A stretch of DNA of 64,000 nucleotides, taken from positions 4,340,001 to 4,404,000 of the forward strand of contig OZ024755.1 of the NCBI GenBank assembly GCA_964016885.1, read 5' to 3'. Within the stretch, counting starts at the first letter, position 1; each line of letters begins with the position of its first letter. The notes beneath the pieces were generated by a model that saw only the letters and a program-made list of their open reading frames with translations, was not told the DNA's origin and ran no database searches. Shown piece by piece: positions 1 through 12,185 of the stretch. Source of the DNA: Eledone cirrhosa (taxonomy: Eukaryota). The position numbers were made by a program, and so were the translations under genes.

Positions 1-154
1 AGTAGAGGTGGCGGCGGTGGGGAATAATAAGGATTAAGTTTTTAAATAAAGTCTATAGATATGACATTATATGATGTGAGGGTAGTGGTGGTGGAGTGAC
101 ATTGTTTTAACTTAACTAACATGTGACAACTATTTACATCAGGTGTATTTATAC

Positions 155-204
<50 letters not shown>

Positions 205-828
205 CATACACACACAGAGTCTGCGGTGCTTAGACCGAGATCACTCATGGGAGTACTCGATGTATGGGGAGATGCAGGATGGGTATAGAGATATATATAG
301 GGGGTATATATATTATTTTGCAAAATTATATATATTTCTTCGTAGTACACAGATCTGAAAAGTATGTTTCAAAAACACTAGCGAATGTCATCAAATCTTA
401 TTAGTTTTTCAAGGGTACTTATAGACAATGTCTACTTTAAGACAATGTGAATAGAGTTCGTTTATCGAAAAAGGAATTAAGCAGTTAGTGGTGAGTGAGT
501 TGTCAGTTAAATATTTCCTATAAAAATTGAGCGACTAAGAACAGAAACGATAGAAAAAATAAAATAAACTATGTGAATGTGTCAATCGTGGAATGAACAA
601 TCTTGGTACGTATCGATGAATGGAATACACACACACACACACACACTATATATATATATATATAGTGTGTGTGTGTGTTTACTAGCAAGCTAACAAGGTG
701 GATGAAGAATTATATATGTATATATATATACATGTGTGTGCGTGTGCATTATATATACAGAGTGAATAAAAAAGAATGTATACACTTCAACAGCATTCTA
801 ATCAAAGTGTATACATTTTAGGGGAACA

Positions 829-914
<86 letters not shown>

Positions 915-937
915 TTTTATTATGGCTAAATAATGAG

Positions 938-987
938 TCTTGTTACTCTGGAGTTTCGCCTACTTTTCACAGGGTCATCAGACAAGA
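938..987 (-). ncRNA. Type I hammerhead ribozyme motif (complete core)
   Basis: Minus strand reads UCUUGU-CUGAUGA-C.CCUG(UGAAAAG)UAGG.C-GAAA-CUC(CA)GAG-UA-ACAAGA. It has a 6-bp stem I, both conserved core boxes, stem II, a short stem III and a GUA cleavage triplet. Confidence 0.8.
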
Positions 988-1866
988 ATTCTACTTCTGT
1001 ATGGAGCACGAGCACTCTTCTCTCAGCCGTCAACTACACACGGATAAATAGAGATATATATACATATATCTGTGTACTGTATGTATATATATATCCGTGT
1101 AGTGTATATAAATATATATTCCAGCCAGCTGCGACCTAGTAGTCTGATTCCGATGAACTATTTATCCTACATAGCTGTACCTATATGAAATGTAAAGATG
1201 TGTGTACATCATATTTTTCTTTTCTTTTGTGACCAGGTTTACATAAGCCTGTGTGTGTGTGTGTTTGTGTATGTGTAAATATCTGTATGTGTGTGTATAT
1301 TTGTGTGTCAAAATAAAAGAGGTGTGAATATTATTACACAATAAGATGTGTAATAGATACTCGTTAACTTTTACAGTCAGCATGTGGATTGCTAAAAGAG
1401 AATACTGACTTGTATTATAACCAGAACTAAGATATGGAGCCATTCTACAAAGTACTAAGAAATGAGCAGGACGAAGTAACGGTATAAATAGTCAGAACTA
1501 CTATGGTTAAGAAAACATTCAACTTTTTCTTCATACTGATGATCTATTTTAAAATAAACAATAAAAGATTTTTTTCTTTTTTTTTTTCAAATTTAAACAG
1601 ATTATAATGAATAAGAAATAAACAAAGTGGGCAGTGGGGGGTTAGAATTACGAATATGTTAAGATGAAGTAACAATAGTCAATGTCAAAAACAGATACGT
1701 GAGAGTGTGTGACAGACATTCGTCTGCAATTTAACAATACTGACAAGAAGTTACAAACACAAGTTGAGAATGTGAAAGAAATGGAAAATACGGTAAATAA
1801 CACTCATACATTCTGCTTATCGACGTCTCAATAAATTTTCTGTTTCCAATATTCTCATACATACAC

Positions 1867-1900
<34 letters not shown>

Positions 1901-2159
1901 ATATGTGTATGTATATATGTGTGTGTATTCTATATATATATTATATTATATATATTTATGTGTGTAGTGAGAGATGTATTTTGATTTACGTGTGTAGTCG
2001 TGCAAGTGTTTCTTCTTTAAGTATGTAAGAAAGACAAAATAAAACAGAGCTGATATATACTCGGTTACGAGTGTACGCACGTGCTGGACCCACCTTTTTA
2101 TATCAAATGTATGCGAATAAAGTACCAACGGCTTTCTTTCCCCCAAGCTTCTCTCTCGT

Positions 2160-2280
2160 TTTAGTCATTATCTGCCATTTTGGAAGTGCTGCGGCGGCGC
2201 GGCGCCAGATTCTCTGTTACTCCCAGCGTGCACTCGGATGATAGACAAACCCAGTTGCGCATGCGTGGAATTCTTGCTAA
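2160..2280. promoter_or_regulatory. CpG-rich putative promoter with NRF1-like and YY1-like motifs
   Basis: Local GC/CpG patch (gcggcggcgcggcgcc), TGCGCATGCG at 2256-2265 and GCCATTTT at 2174-2181 in otherwise very AT-rich DNA. No downstream coding exon was identified. Confidence 0.4.
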
Positions 2281-3733
2281 TTCTTCTCAATTCCTTTCGC
2301 AATTAACTCTCTCTCTCTACTCCCGACTGGAATGCCTTAACCATTATTATGGGTTAACTCTATCAAAACTAACCAGCTAGAAACAAAACAACAAACATGA
2401 TTACATTTATATCAGATAGAAATCAGTTAATTATTGCTAAGGAACCTTATAAATATAATACACAAAAATATACGATCAAAGTGAAACTCCCCGCCCCTCA
2501 TTAATTCAAGATAGTGCGTCAATCCCAATCATTTCCTTACTCAACTTACCTTCTTATGTACTTCTAGATTTTTCATTTTAATTTTCTTTTAAATCAGTTT
2601 CCGTCTTTAATCATTTCCTCTCATGTATATATTTAAAAAAAAAAAAGATTTCTTTTTTTTTTCTTATTACCATTTTTTTTATTTTTATAACCAAAGTCAC
2701 TTCTATCGATATCGATAAGAAGAAAAAATCAATTTTAGAATTTCTATTGATACTTTCGCATCCACTGCGAAAAAATTAAAATAAACCACCATGGTTTAGG
2801 AAAGAAAAAAGATGTTTGATCCACACTAAAATACTTCCTAATTCAGAAATTGTGTGGAGAAAAAGGTAGCTATATATATATATAATAATGCTATAAATAA
2901 AATAATGGTTGGACACATCAGTTGGGGGTACGATGACTTATATAACTTGTTTTAAAACTAATGTCAAATCATTTTAGCCATGGCTCAAATATTGTCAGAT
3001 ATAGGATAAATTGTTTTAAAAAATAAAAACTAATTTAAGCAGATGGATTTTTTCGGTTTTTTATGTTGTTTGTTTGTTATTTTTCAAGTTACTGATAAAT
3101 ATTTAGATTTAAGTTTCAACCTACAATATCGGGTTATTGTATTTTGAGACAGAGTATTAAGTGACAAAAATTCAAGTCCAGACAAGAATCTAACATATAA
3201 AACAATTTTAGGTGTGTATGTGTAATTTGTATATAAGCGAAAAAAAAGCAGTTTTATTTAAGAGAATGTCTAGACTGATCAGTATCAGGTTTTCCACTGT
3301 GCATAGGTGTGTTTAAGCACAGGGTCAGGTGGGGTCCACCCCCCTGCCAAAATAAATTGTTTACCTCCTTCAGGACCTAAGTAAGGGACCTCATAACTAA
3401 CACAGGGCTCTCATTTGTCCTAAATCCGTCATGCAGTGACATTCATGCATCACCCCTGTTAAACGATTTAATGAAGAAACAAATATATTTTGTTTTGTTG
3501 ACAGCGTTCAAAGAAAATGAGAAGAATCGTTAGAACTTCCAGAAAATAACAATAAAAGATATTTGAAAAGAATTCTTATTATTTTGTGTAATACCAGACA
3601 GACAGACAATGTACAGTTTAACACGTGAGTGAGTGAGGGTGGGTCCAGGCCAGTCAAAATCTAGGGTTTTTTTGTTTTTTTTACCTTTGAATGACTTAAC
3701 GAACATGTCCTGAAAAACGGTGATAGATAGTTG

Positions 3734-4090
3734 GGCGTTCTTTCGTTTTAAGTAGACAGCAATCACTGCACATATATAAATAAAATGAATGGATATAATC
3801 ATACTTGATTGATCTATCGATATGTGTAAGTACATTCTGAATAATTCATTTGTAAAAGAAAATTAAATATCGCAATATGAATGGAAATTCTTTATCACTT
3901 TTCTAAGCATCTTGGAGAATATGTAAATTCAAAATGATTTATATTAGTGAAAGGAAATGTTTAAAATTATGTTTGGTAATAAATAGTTAAAGAAAATAAT
4001 GAAGAGAAAAATTGGAATTGGTTTAAATGATTATCAAAATGAAAAAAATATTGAACGGAATTTGCCGTCTACTTAAAACGAAAGAACGCC
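3734..4090. mobile_element. Non-autonomous DNA transposon (MITE) with 29-bp terminal inverted repeats
   Basis: GGCGTTCTTTCGTTTTAAGTAGACAGCAA at left and its reverse complement (1 mismatch) ending at 4090; AT-rich interior; no clear TSD. Confidence 0.65.
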
Positions 4091-5003
4091 GCTTGTTCTT
4101 TTGTGGTCATTCTTATAATAACTGACCAGTTCTTGATTTGGTGAAGAAATATGTCTTTAACACTGAGGGTAGAATATTACAGGAGATACGACTCCCAAAT
4201 AGTCAATATCCTTAGAAGTTGAAGTAGTTAATGTGATATTTTGAAGGATACAACACATCGCCATCACACGTGGTAATGGTGCGAGCGTGTTGGCTTCCCT
4301 CAAAGTGTTTAGTTAACCCCTAAGATGTGAGGTACGGCCGACTGTTGCATTTGATGGTAAACTGTACCCCCCCCACACACACACCTTTTTTGCCTTTATC
4401 ATTATTGTTCAATGAGTTATACAAATGCTATTTTCATAGTAAAATTTTATAAACAGAAAACAAATATGAGGACTTGACAACCACGTGATTTTGGGGTCTG
4501 TCCATAGATTAACTCATTAATGCCTTGTGGGTGGAAAGTGTCACTAGTGTAATTAGTTACTATGTAGCAGTATTCTATTGTGGCTCTCACCTGAGCTTGA
4601 ATAAGGTTAGTATATTGGTGTGGGGTGTAAGTGGAACCCTAGCAGCACAAAAATAAGAGTTGTTAAAAGTGTGTGGAGGGGGATGAACTTCTCAGAGTCA
4701 ACAGCCATCCATCCCAACTATGGATTAAATAACCTCACCAATCTACAATTGGCCAAGTGTAGTAAATATGGCTACACTCTTGACATGACTAAACACCAAA
4801 CAGAAAGCAGTGCAGTTCAACCAGGGAGGGGTTCCTCCGACAGGATTAGACTAGATATATATATATGAGTCTCAGGTACAGTCGAGGGTAACCACAGTAA
4901 GTAAGGTACTCAATACATTAGTAGAATGTAAATATCATGTTTAATATAGAAATCATCAGGAAAACTTTCTAGTCCATTAGAAACTATTTCTATATTAAAC
5001 ATG

Positions 5004-5034
<31 letters not shown>

Positions 5035-5442
5035 CAATAATAATGAGTTCAAATCTCAGGCGATCATTTACAGTGAAATAGCTCGAAGAAAGACTATTCT
5101 GAGCCATGTAATATAGGTTAACACAAATCAATATATTTGATAAACAAATCCTCATATTTATGTATGTACTGTAAATGACCAAGTTAGCTAGATAGAAATA
5201 TACTAATAATAATATTACAGTTTGCCTATCTAGCTAACTTGGTCATTTACAATACATACATAAATATGAGGATTTGTTTATCAAATATATATATATATAT
5301 ATGATGGAAATATTTGGGATTATTAAATTTGCTAAGGTAAAATTATATCACTATCTTTGCACCTTTAATTTTCTAATGCATTGTATGGCTTTTAAAATTA
5401 TTTAAATTTATATTGTCTATTCAAGCAAACTAAACCACTCTG

Positions 5443-5548
<106 letters not shown>

Positions 5549-5691
5549 TAATATAACAGATTAAAGTTTAAGCAAAGAATCGCTGCTTTCCTGTTATATT
5601 AATAAATATTTGCTCTTCGGTTCTTATATATTTGATATATATTTTCCTTATCGAGCCCTCTTTGGATTTTAGTCTTCAATTTTATTATTAT

Positions 5692-5737
<46 letters not shown>

Positions 5738-5959
5738 TTGTTAAGTTAGAAATCATTATTATTAGAGTAAAAAATATTCAACTAAGAACAATCTGACAAC
5801 CTACTTCAGAAGAGAAATTACCCTTCCCCAACACAATAAAAACGAAATATCCGACCATAAAGTAAGTAACTTGGTTAAAGGTCAATTATTTATATCGAAA
5901 TTGCTGACTGACTATATATACTGGTAAATATTTATACTAAATTACTACTACTAATAACA

Positions 5960-6330
5960 ATAATTGTTTCTACTTTAGGCACAAGGCCAGCAATTATCCA
6001 GTGCATTACTGGTACTTTATTGTATCGACCCCGTAAGGATAAAAGGCAAAGTCAACCTCGGCGAGATTTGAACTCAGATCGTAAAGGGACGTAACTATGC
6101 TGGAAAGCATGGCGTCCGACCCTCTACCGATACTGCCAATCCACCGCCCACTACTAATAACAATAATGGTTTCTCATTTAGGCACAAGGTCGGTAATATT
6201 GGGGGAGGGGGCTAAGTCGATTAAATCGACCTCAGTACATTACTGGTGCCTAATTTTATCGGCCGCGTAAGGATGAAAGGCAAAACTAACCTCCGCGGGA
6301 TTTGAACTCAGAACATAAACGGTCATAACT
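5960..6330 (-). mobile_element. Two tandem tRNA-derived SINE copies (Meta-domain-like core)
   Basis: B-box GAGTTCAAAT and core GACTTTGCCTTTCATCCTTACGGGGTCGATAAAATAAAGTACCAG on the minus strand. Homologous copies occur at about 7980, 9745, 11555-12185, 36576, 50305, 54893 and 62820. Confidence 0.7.
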
Positions 6331-6362
6331 CTCTCTCTCTGTATATATATATATATTCTTTT

Positions 6363-6442
<80 letters not shown>

Positions 6443-6707
6443 GTTTCTGAATTTGGCAACCTCTCCAAGACAATGTCACTGGACCGAGACCTTTGGCGGT
6501 ACTCAGTAATAGAGAAGACCCGCCTTACCTAAATACAAAGTAAAAACCTACTACAGTCAGTAAGCATCTCTATCAAACCCCCCCCCCCCCCCCCCCCGTC
6601 CCACCACCTCCACCCCATCCACACCGCCCCTTTCAACAGTTATGTTGGTCCCACAACATCCAGGCCGAAACAAATGAGATCGTGTAGGTGTCACGACAAA
6701 AAAACAC

Positions 6708-7835
6708 ACAGTCCACGCTGTAAATGTGGCCGTGTAGGCAACACGGTAAAAACCTCCCAGCCCCACACTGTAAATGTGGTTGGTGTTAGGAAGGGCATCC
6801 AGCTGTAGAAAACCCGCCAGACAGTCCACGCTGTAATGTGGCCGTGTAGGCAACACGGTAAAAACCTCCCAGCCCCACACTGTAAATGTGGTTGGTGTTA
6901 GGAAGGGCATCCAGCTGTAGAAAACCCGCCAGACAGTCCACGCTGTAATGTGGCCGTGTAGGCAACACGGTAAAAACCTCCCAGCTCCACACTGTAAATG
7001 TGGTTGGTGTTAGGAAGGGCATCCAGCTGTAGAAAACCCGCCAGACAGTCCACGCTGTAATGTGGCCGTGTAGGCAACACGGTAAAAACCTCCCAGCTCC
7101 ACACTGTAAATGTGGTTGGTGTTAGGAAGGGCATCCAGCTGTAGAAAACCCGCCAGACAGTCCACGCTGTAATGTGGCCGTGTAGGCAACACGGTAAAAA
7201 CCTCCCAGCTCCACACTGTAAATGTGGTTGGTGTTAGGAAGGGCATCCAGCTGTAGAAAACCCGCCAGACAGTCCACGCTGTAATGTGGCCGTGTAGGCA
7301 ACACGGTAAAAACCTCCCAGCCCCACACTGTAAATGTCGTTGGTGTTAGGAAGGGCATCCAACTGTAGAAAACCCGCCAGACAGTCCACGCTGTAATGTG
7401 GCCGTGTAGGCAACACGGTAAAAACCTCCCAGCTCCACACTGTAAATGTGGTTGGTGTTAGGAAGGGCATCCAGCTGTAGAAAACCCGCCAGACAGTCCA
7501 CGCTGTAATGTGGCCGTGTAGGCAACACGGTAAAAACCTCCCAGCTCCACACTGTAAATGTGGTTGGTGTTAGGAAGGGCATCCAGCTGTAGAAAACCCG
7601 CCAGACAGTCCACGCTGTAATGTGGCCGTGTAGGCAACACGGTAAAAACCTCCCAGCTCCACACTGTAAATGTGGTTGGTGTTAGGAAGGGCATCCAGCT
7701 GTAGAAAACCCGCCAGACAGTCCACGCTGTAATGTGGCCGTGTAGGCAACACGGTAAAAACCTCCCAGCCCCACACTGTAAATGTCGTTGGTGTTAGGAA
7801 GGGCATCCAACTGTAGAAAACCCGCCAGACAGTCC
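6708..7835 (+). repeat. 112-bp tandem array (about 10 units) amplified inside a (GAT)n-tailed SINE
   Basis: Unit starts ACAGTCCACG at 6708, 6821, 6933, 7045 and onward to 7717. The flanks match single-copy versions of the same element at about 39565-39825, 48380-48640 and 61160-61440. Confidence 0.95.
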
Positions 7836-7981
7836 TATGCGAGCAAGACAACCACTCTTGCCTCAAGTGGGAAAACCCCCGTCCAAACCCATGCAAGCGT
7901 GGAACACGGACGCTAAACCTGATGATGATGATGATGATGATGATGACCCTTCCAAAGTGTAACAATATATATATATGGAAA

Positions 7982-8170
7982 GAGGGCGGTGGATTGGTAG
8001 TATCGGTAGAGGGTCGGACGCCATGCTTTCCAGCATAGTTACGTCCCTTTACGATCTGAGTTCAAATCTCGCCGAGGTTGACTTTGCCTTTCATCCTTAC
8101 GGGGTCGATAAAATAAAGTACCAGTAATGCACTGGGTAATTGCTGGCCTTGTGCCTAAAGTAGAAACAAT
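7982..8170 (+). mobile_element. tRNA-derived SINE (Meta-domain-like core)
   Basis: GGCGGTGGATTGGTAG head, GAGTTCAAAT B-box, conserved core, AGAAACAAT tail; near identical to 36576-36756. Confidence 0.75.
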
Positions 8171-8502
8171 ATATATATATGGAAAAAAAGAAAAGAATGA
8201 CTTCACTTGTAGTTATAAATAATTTGATTTAATTTTATATATTATGAGTTATATATGTAGTCTTTCCAAATTGAAGGATGAGTATTTTAAACTTTATTTT
8301 ATCATGAGTTAAGGCTCTATTGATTGTTCCTTGAATTTCACTAAATTCTGTTGGATGAATCTATATCCTGATTCTTTTTTAATTGAGTTTGAATTATTTT
8401 TCCCACATCTTACGTTAACTATTTTCCCATTTTGACGTTATAGTCACTTATATATTATGAAATACTGTGTGCTTCTTGCTCATAATAATTTCTATACTTT
8501 TC

Positions 8503-8552
<50 letters not shown>

Positions 8553-8557
8553 GAAAA

Positions 8558-8605
<48 letters not shown>

Positions 8606-9960
8606 CTGTGTGTAGACTATATATATATATATATATATTATATCTTGAGGGAGACAAGGGAGATAACTCGTGTCATCTCGTTTGACACCGATATAAATGT
8701 CACTCCTTGCTTTTATTTCAGTCCACCCACATTTGTCTTTTCATCCACTCTCTTATTTGTCCTTTGAAAGTCTTCTACTTACACATGACTTCCTACAATA
8801 ACAGCAAATACAAGCAATCACAGTTCATTGTCATGTCTGAATACACTAAATACCAGCTCAATAGCTGAAGAAATTATAGTTTTCTTGCGCTATTTTTCTA
8901 CTAATTGTCCAATATATGGAAATATATTTTCATGTTTTCTGTCTGATAATGGTGTTAAGTGAATCAGTTTCAACTGCAAATAAAAATGTTGCTCTTTCCT
9001 TTCACCAACCACTTCACAGATTATACTGGGTGCGTTTATAGTGTAGATCACCTACACCAGGGAAGCTGGCATAACTGAAAGGTCCTTCCAACCCTTTATT
9101 TGGCAAGCTTTCTTTGGCTGGATGCCCTTCCTATCACCAATTAGATTTCAGCCTATACTGAGTGTGTTTATCATGATAGACTGTAATGTCCTTGACAGGA
9201 TCCTTCCAACTCTTTGTTTGGAAAGCTTTCTGTGGCTGGATGTCCTTCCTATCACCAACTACATTACACTCTGTAGTGTGTGTGTTTATCATGTAGATCA
9301 CCAAAACTAGGGTGACTGTCATGCCCTATCTACAGATACTATAGGGTGGCTATAGGTTCCCTAAATTTACAGTGTTTTATATGACTAGCCTGGAAAACTA
9401 AATTGTACCTAACTATAACCCTGGTACCTGTAGTAGATATTGTGATGACATTTATTGTAACTGATATTGAATGAACAGGTTGATCCTCTTAAAGTTGATC
9501 TTTAATACAATTATTCCATCTTAACATTTAAAATCCATCCAGCATAAACTCAGTCTTCAACAGTCCACATAAATGTGCATGCATGCATGATCCCATAACT
9601 TAACTCCTGATGGAGTTGTAGGAGCGACTTATTGATATATAGTGTTTCTAGGGTATTTTAAGCATGGCAGAGCCCATCCCCTCTCCAGGCCTAAGTACAG
9701 CAGATTTCTTCTAGAGAAAGATATAAAATGAGAAAGAGATATACAATTGACTTCAGTGTATTACTGGTACTTTTTTTATTGACTTTGAATGGATGAAAGG
9801 CAAAGTTGACCTCGGTGGGATTTAACTCAGGGAGCAGAGAGCCAAAACAAATACCACAAAGCATTCTATCTGACGTTCTAGCAACTCTGCTAATTTGTTG
9901 CCTCCACACAGGTGTAGCACCTAGTAACAAAAATTCCCTTGACTAAAATGTTATGTCTAC

Positions 9961-10623
9961 TCCAATCCAGGGCCTTCCCACTCCTGTTGGAGGAACCCCT
10001 CCCTGGTTGACCTACATCCAATCCAATCCAGGGCCTTCTCACTCCTGTTGGAGGAACCCCTCCCTGGTTGACCTACATCCAATCCAATCCAGGGCCTTCC
10101 CACTCCTGTTGGAGGAACCCCTCCCTGGTTGACCTACATCCAATCCAATCCAAGGCCTTCTCACTCATGTTGGAGGAACCCCTCCCTGGTTGACCTACAT
10201 CCAATCCAATCCAAGGCCTTCCCACTCCTGTTGGAGGAACCCCTCCCTGGTTGACCTACATCCAATCCAATCCAGGGCCTTCTCACTCCTGTTGGAGGAA
10301 CCCCTCCCTGGTTGACCTACATCCAATCCAATCCAAGGCCTTCTCACTCATGTTGGAGGAACCCCTCCCTGGTTGACCTACATCCAATCCAATCCAAGGC
10401 CTTCTCACTCATGTTGGAGGAACCCCTCCCTGGTTGACCTACATCCAATCCAATCCAAGGCCTTCTCACTCATGTTGGAGGAACCCCTCCCTGGTTGACC
10501 TACATCCAATCCAATCCAAGGCCTTCTCACTCATGTTGGAGGAACCCCTCCCTGGTTGACCTACATCCAATCCAATCCAAGGCCTTCTCACTCATGTTGG
10601 AGGAACCCTTCCTTGTTTGACCT
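9961..10623 (+). repeat. 61-bp tandem array (about 11 units)
   Basis: Unit TCCAATCCA(G/A)GGCCTTC(C/T)CACTC(C/A)TGTTGGAGGAACCCCTCCCTGGTTGACCTACATCCAA shifts one base per 60-nt line. It is related to a single-copy repeat at about 4630-4850 (opposite strand). Confidence 0.95.
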
Positions 10624-10963
10624 CCACCACTTTGTTTGGTTTTGGTCATGTCTTCAGGGTGTAGCCATATTCACCACACTTGACAAGTTGCAGGTTGGTG
10701 AGGCCTTTTAACAGCTCATTTTTGTGTTGTGTTGAGAGAGCTAGTTTAATTGCCGACCACTGAACTGTGAAGCAGGATGCAACATTTTAAAAACATATAC
10801 CAGGCAGAGTGCAAAAAAAAAAAAGAAAAAAAGAACAAAAAACAATATATATATATATAAATGAATTTAGAGTATGTTTATAAATGCTCCAGATAAAAGG
10901 GAATAAAAAAACGATATATATAGAGGCCTGTTATTTTTGCAATTATAAACACATACTTTAAAT

Positions 10964-11020
<57 letters not shown>

Positions 11021-11097
11021 ACGAAGGAAATGTGGTAAGGAACCAGGTGGACCATAACGCACCAAAGTACTCAATACTTGAGGTAGTAGAGTGGGTA

Positions 11098-11219
11098 ATA
11101 GGAACCAGTATGACCCCGACAGCTGAGCTCAAGCCGTTTCGACGGCTAATTCTGGACGAGTCCAGAATTAGCCGTCGAAACGGCTTGAGCTCAGCTGTCG
11201 GGGTCTTACTGGTTCCTAT
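11098..11219. repeat. Near-perfect palindrome (59-bp arms, 4-nt loop) containing a hammerhead 3' half
   Basis: 11098-11156 is the reverse complement of 11161-11219 with one mismatch. It contains GAAA-CGGC(TTGAGCTCA)GCTG-TC-GGGGTC. Confidence 0.9.
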
Positions 11220-11297
11220 ATATATATATATATATTTGGTAATTCCAAAGGAAAAGCAAAGGAAAAACGAGTGCTCTATGTATAGAACAGAGCTATT

Positions 11298-11432
11298 TAA
11301 TTAGAAAGTGAACAACACAAAATATAACGACTCCATTACCAAAGGTTTCTGGATCACAGACGTATATTATTATCGTCTGTCATCCAGAAACCTTTGGTAA
11401 TAGAATAGTTATATTTTGTGTTGTTCACTTTC

Positions 11433-11438
<6 letters not shown>
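11298..11438. repeat. Palindrome (65-bp arms, 11-nt loop)
   Basis: Arms 11298-11362 and 11374-11438 with about 4 mismatches; a single-arm homolog lies at 29582-29668. Confidence 0.9.
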
Positions 11439-11471
<33 letters not shown>

Positions 11472-11554
11472 TTTCCCCCCGCTCAGTCTGGTATGTGATT
11501 TAAAAATGTTTAATCCTTGTTAAAATTGACACACAGAATAAGTATATGAAATAA

Positions 11555-12185
11555 TTGTTTCTACTTTTGGTACAAGGCCAGCAAAAACTCAGTGTATTAC
11601 TGGTACTTTATTTTATCGACCCCGTAAGGATGAAAGGCAAAGTTAACCTCGGGGGATTTTAACTGAGAATGGCAAGGGCTGTAACTCTATGCGTCAAAGC
11701 ATGGCGTCCGGCCCTCTACCGCTACTGCCAATCCACCGCCCAATGGTTTCTGATTTAAGCTCAAGGACAACAATTTTTGTTTGGCAGGTAAGTCGATTAA
11801 ATCGATCTCAGTACGTTGCTGGTATTTTATTTTATCGATCCCAGGAAGATGAATGGCAAAGATGACCTCGGCGGGATTTGAACACAGAACGTAACGAACC
11901 GTAACTAAATACCGAACAGCATTTTGTCCGACGCTCTAACGACTCGGCCAACCCAGCGCCCTAATAATTGTTTCTACTTTTGACATGAGGCCAGCGATTT
12001 GAAGGGTAGATGGAAATCGATTAAATCGACCTCAGTGCATTACTGGTACTTTATTTTATCGACCCCGATAGGATGAAAGGTAAAGCTAATCTATGTGTGT
12101 TTTAAACTCAGAACGCAAAGGGCCATAACTCTACGCCACAAAGCATTGTGTCCGACGCTCTACCGACTCGGTCAATCCACCGACC
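11555..12185 (-). mobile_element. Three consecutive Meta-like SINE copies upstream of the USP gene
   Basis: Three repeats of TTGTTTCTAC/TGGTTTCTGA...TTTTATCGA(C/T)CCC...GATGAAAGGCAAAG...CCACCGCCC. Confidence 0.7.

Noticed and set aside
350-410. Possible minus-strand hammerhead (UUGAUGA...GAAAC)
   Set aside because: Stem III and stem I cannot be formed in register around a UH site.
143-1051. [12 protein letters not shown] and poly-His/Met/Ile ORFs here and throughout the ORF track
   Set aside because: Translations of (TA)n, (GT)n and (CAT)n microsatellites.
6557-7965. Series of near-identical 78-aa ORFs, and the array as a possible CRISPR or repeat-protein gene
   Set aside because: Products of a 112-bp tandem repeat (not a multiple of 3); there are no unique spacers, no cas genes, and the context is eukaryotic.
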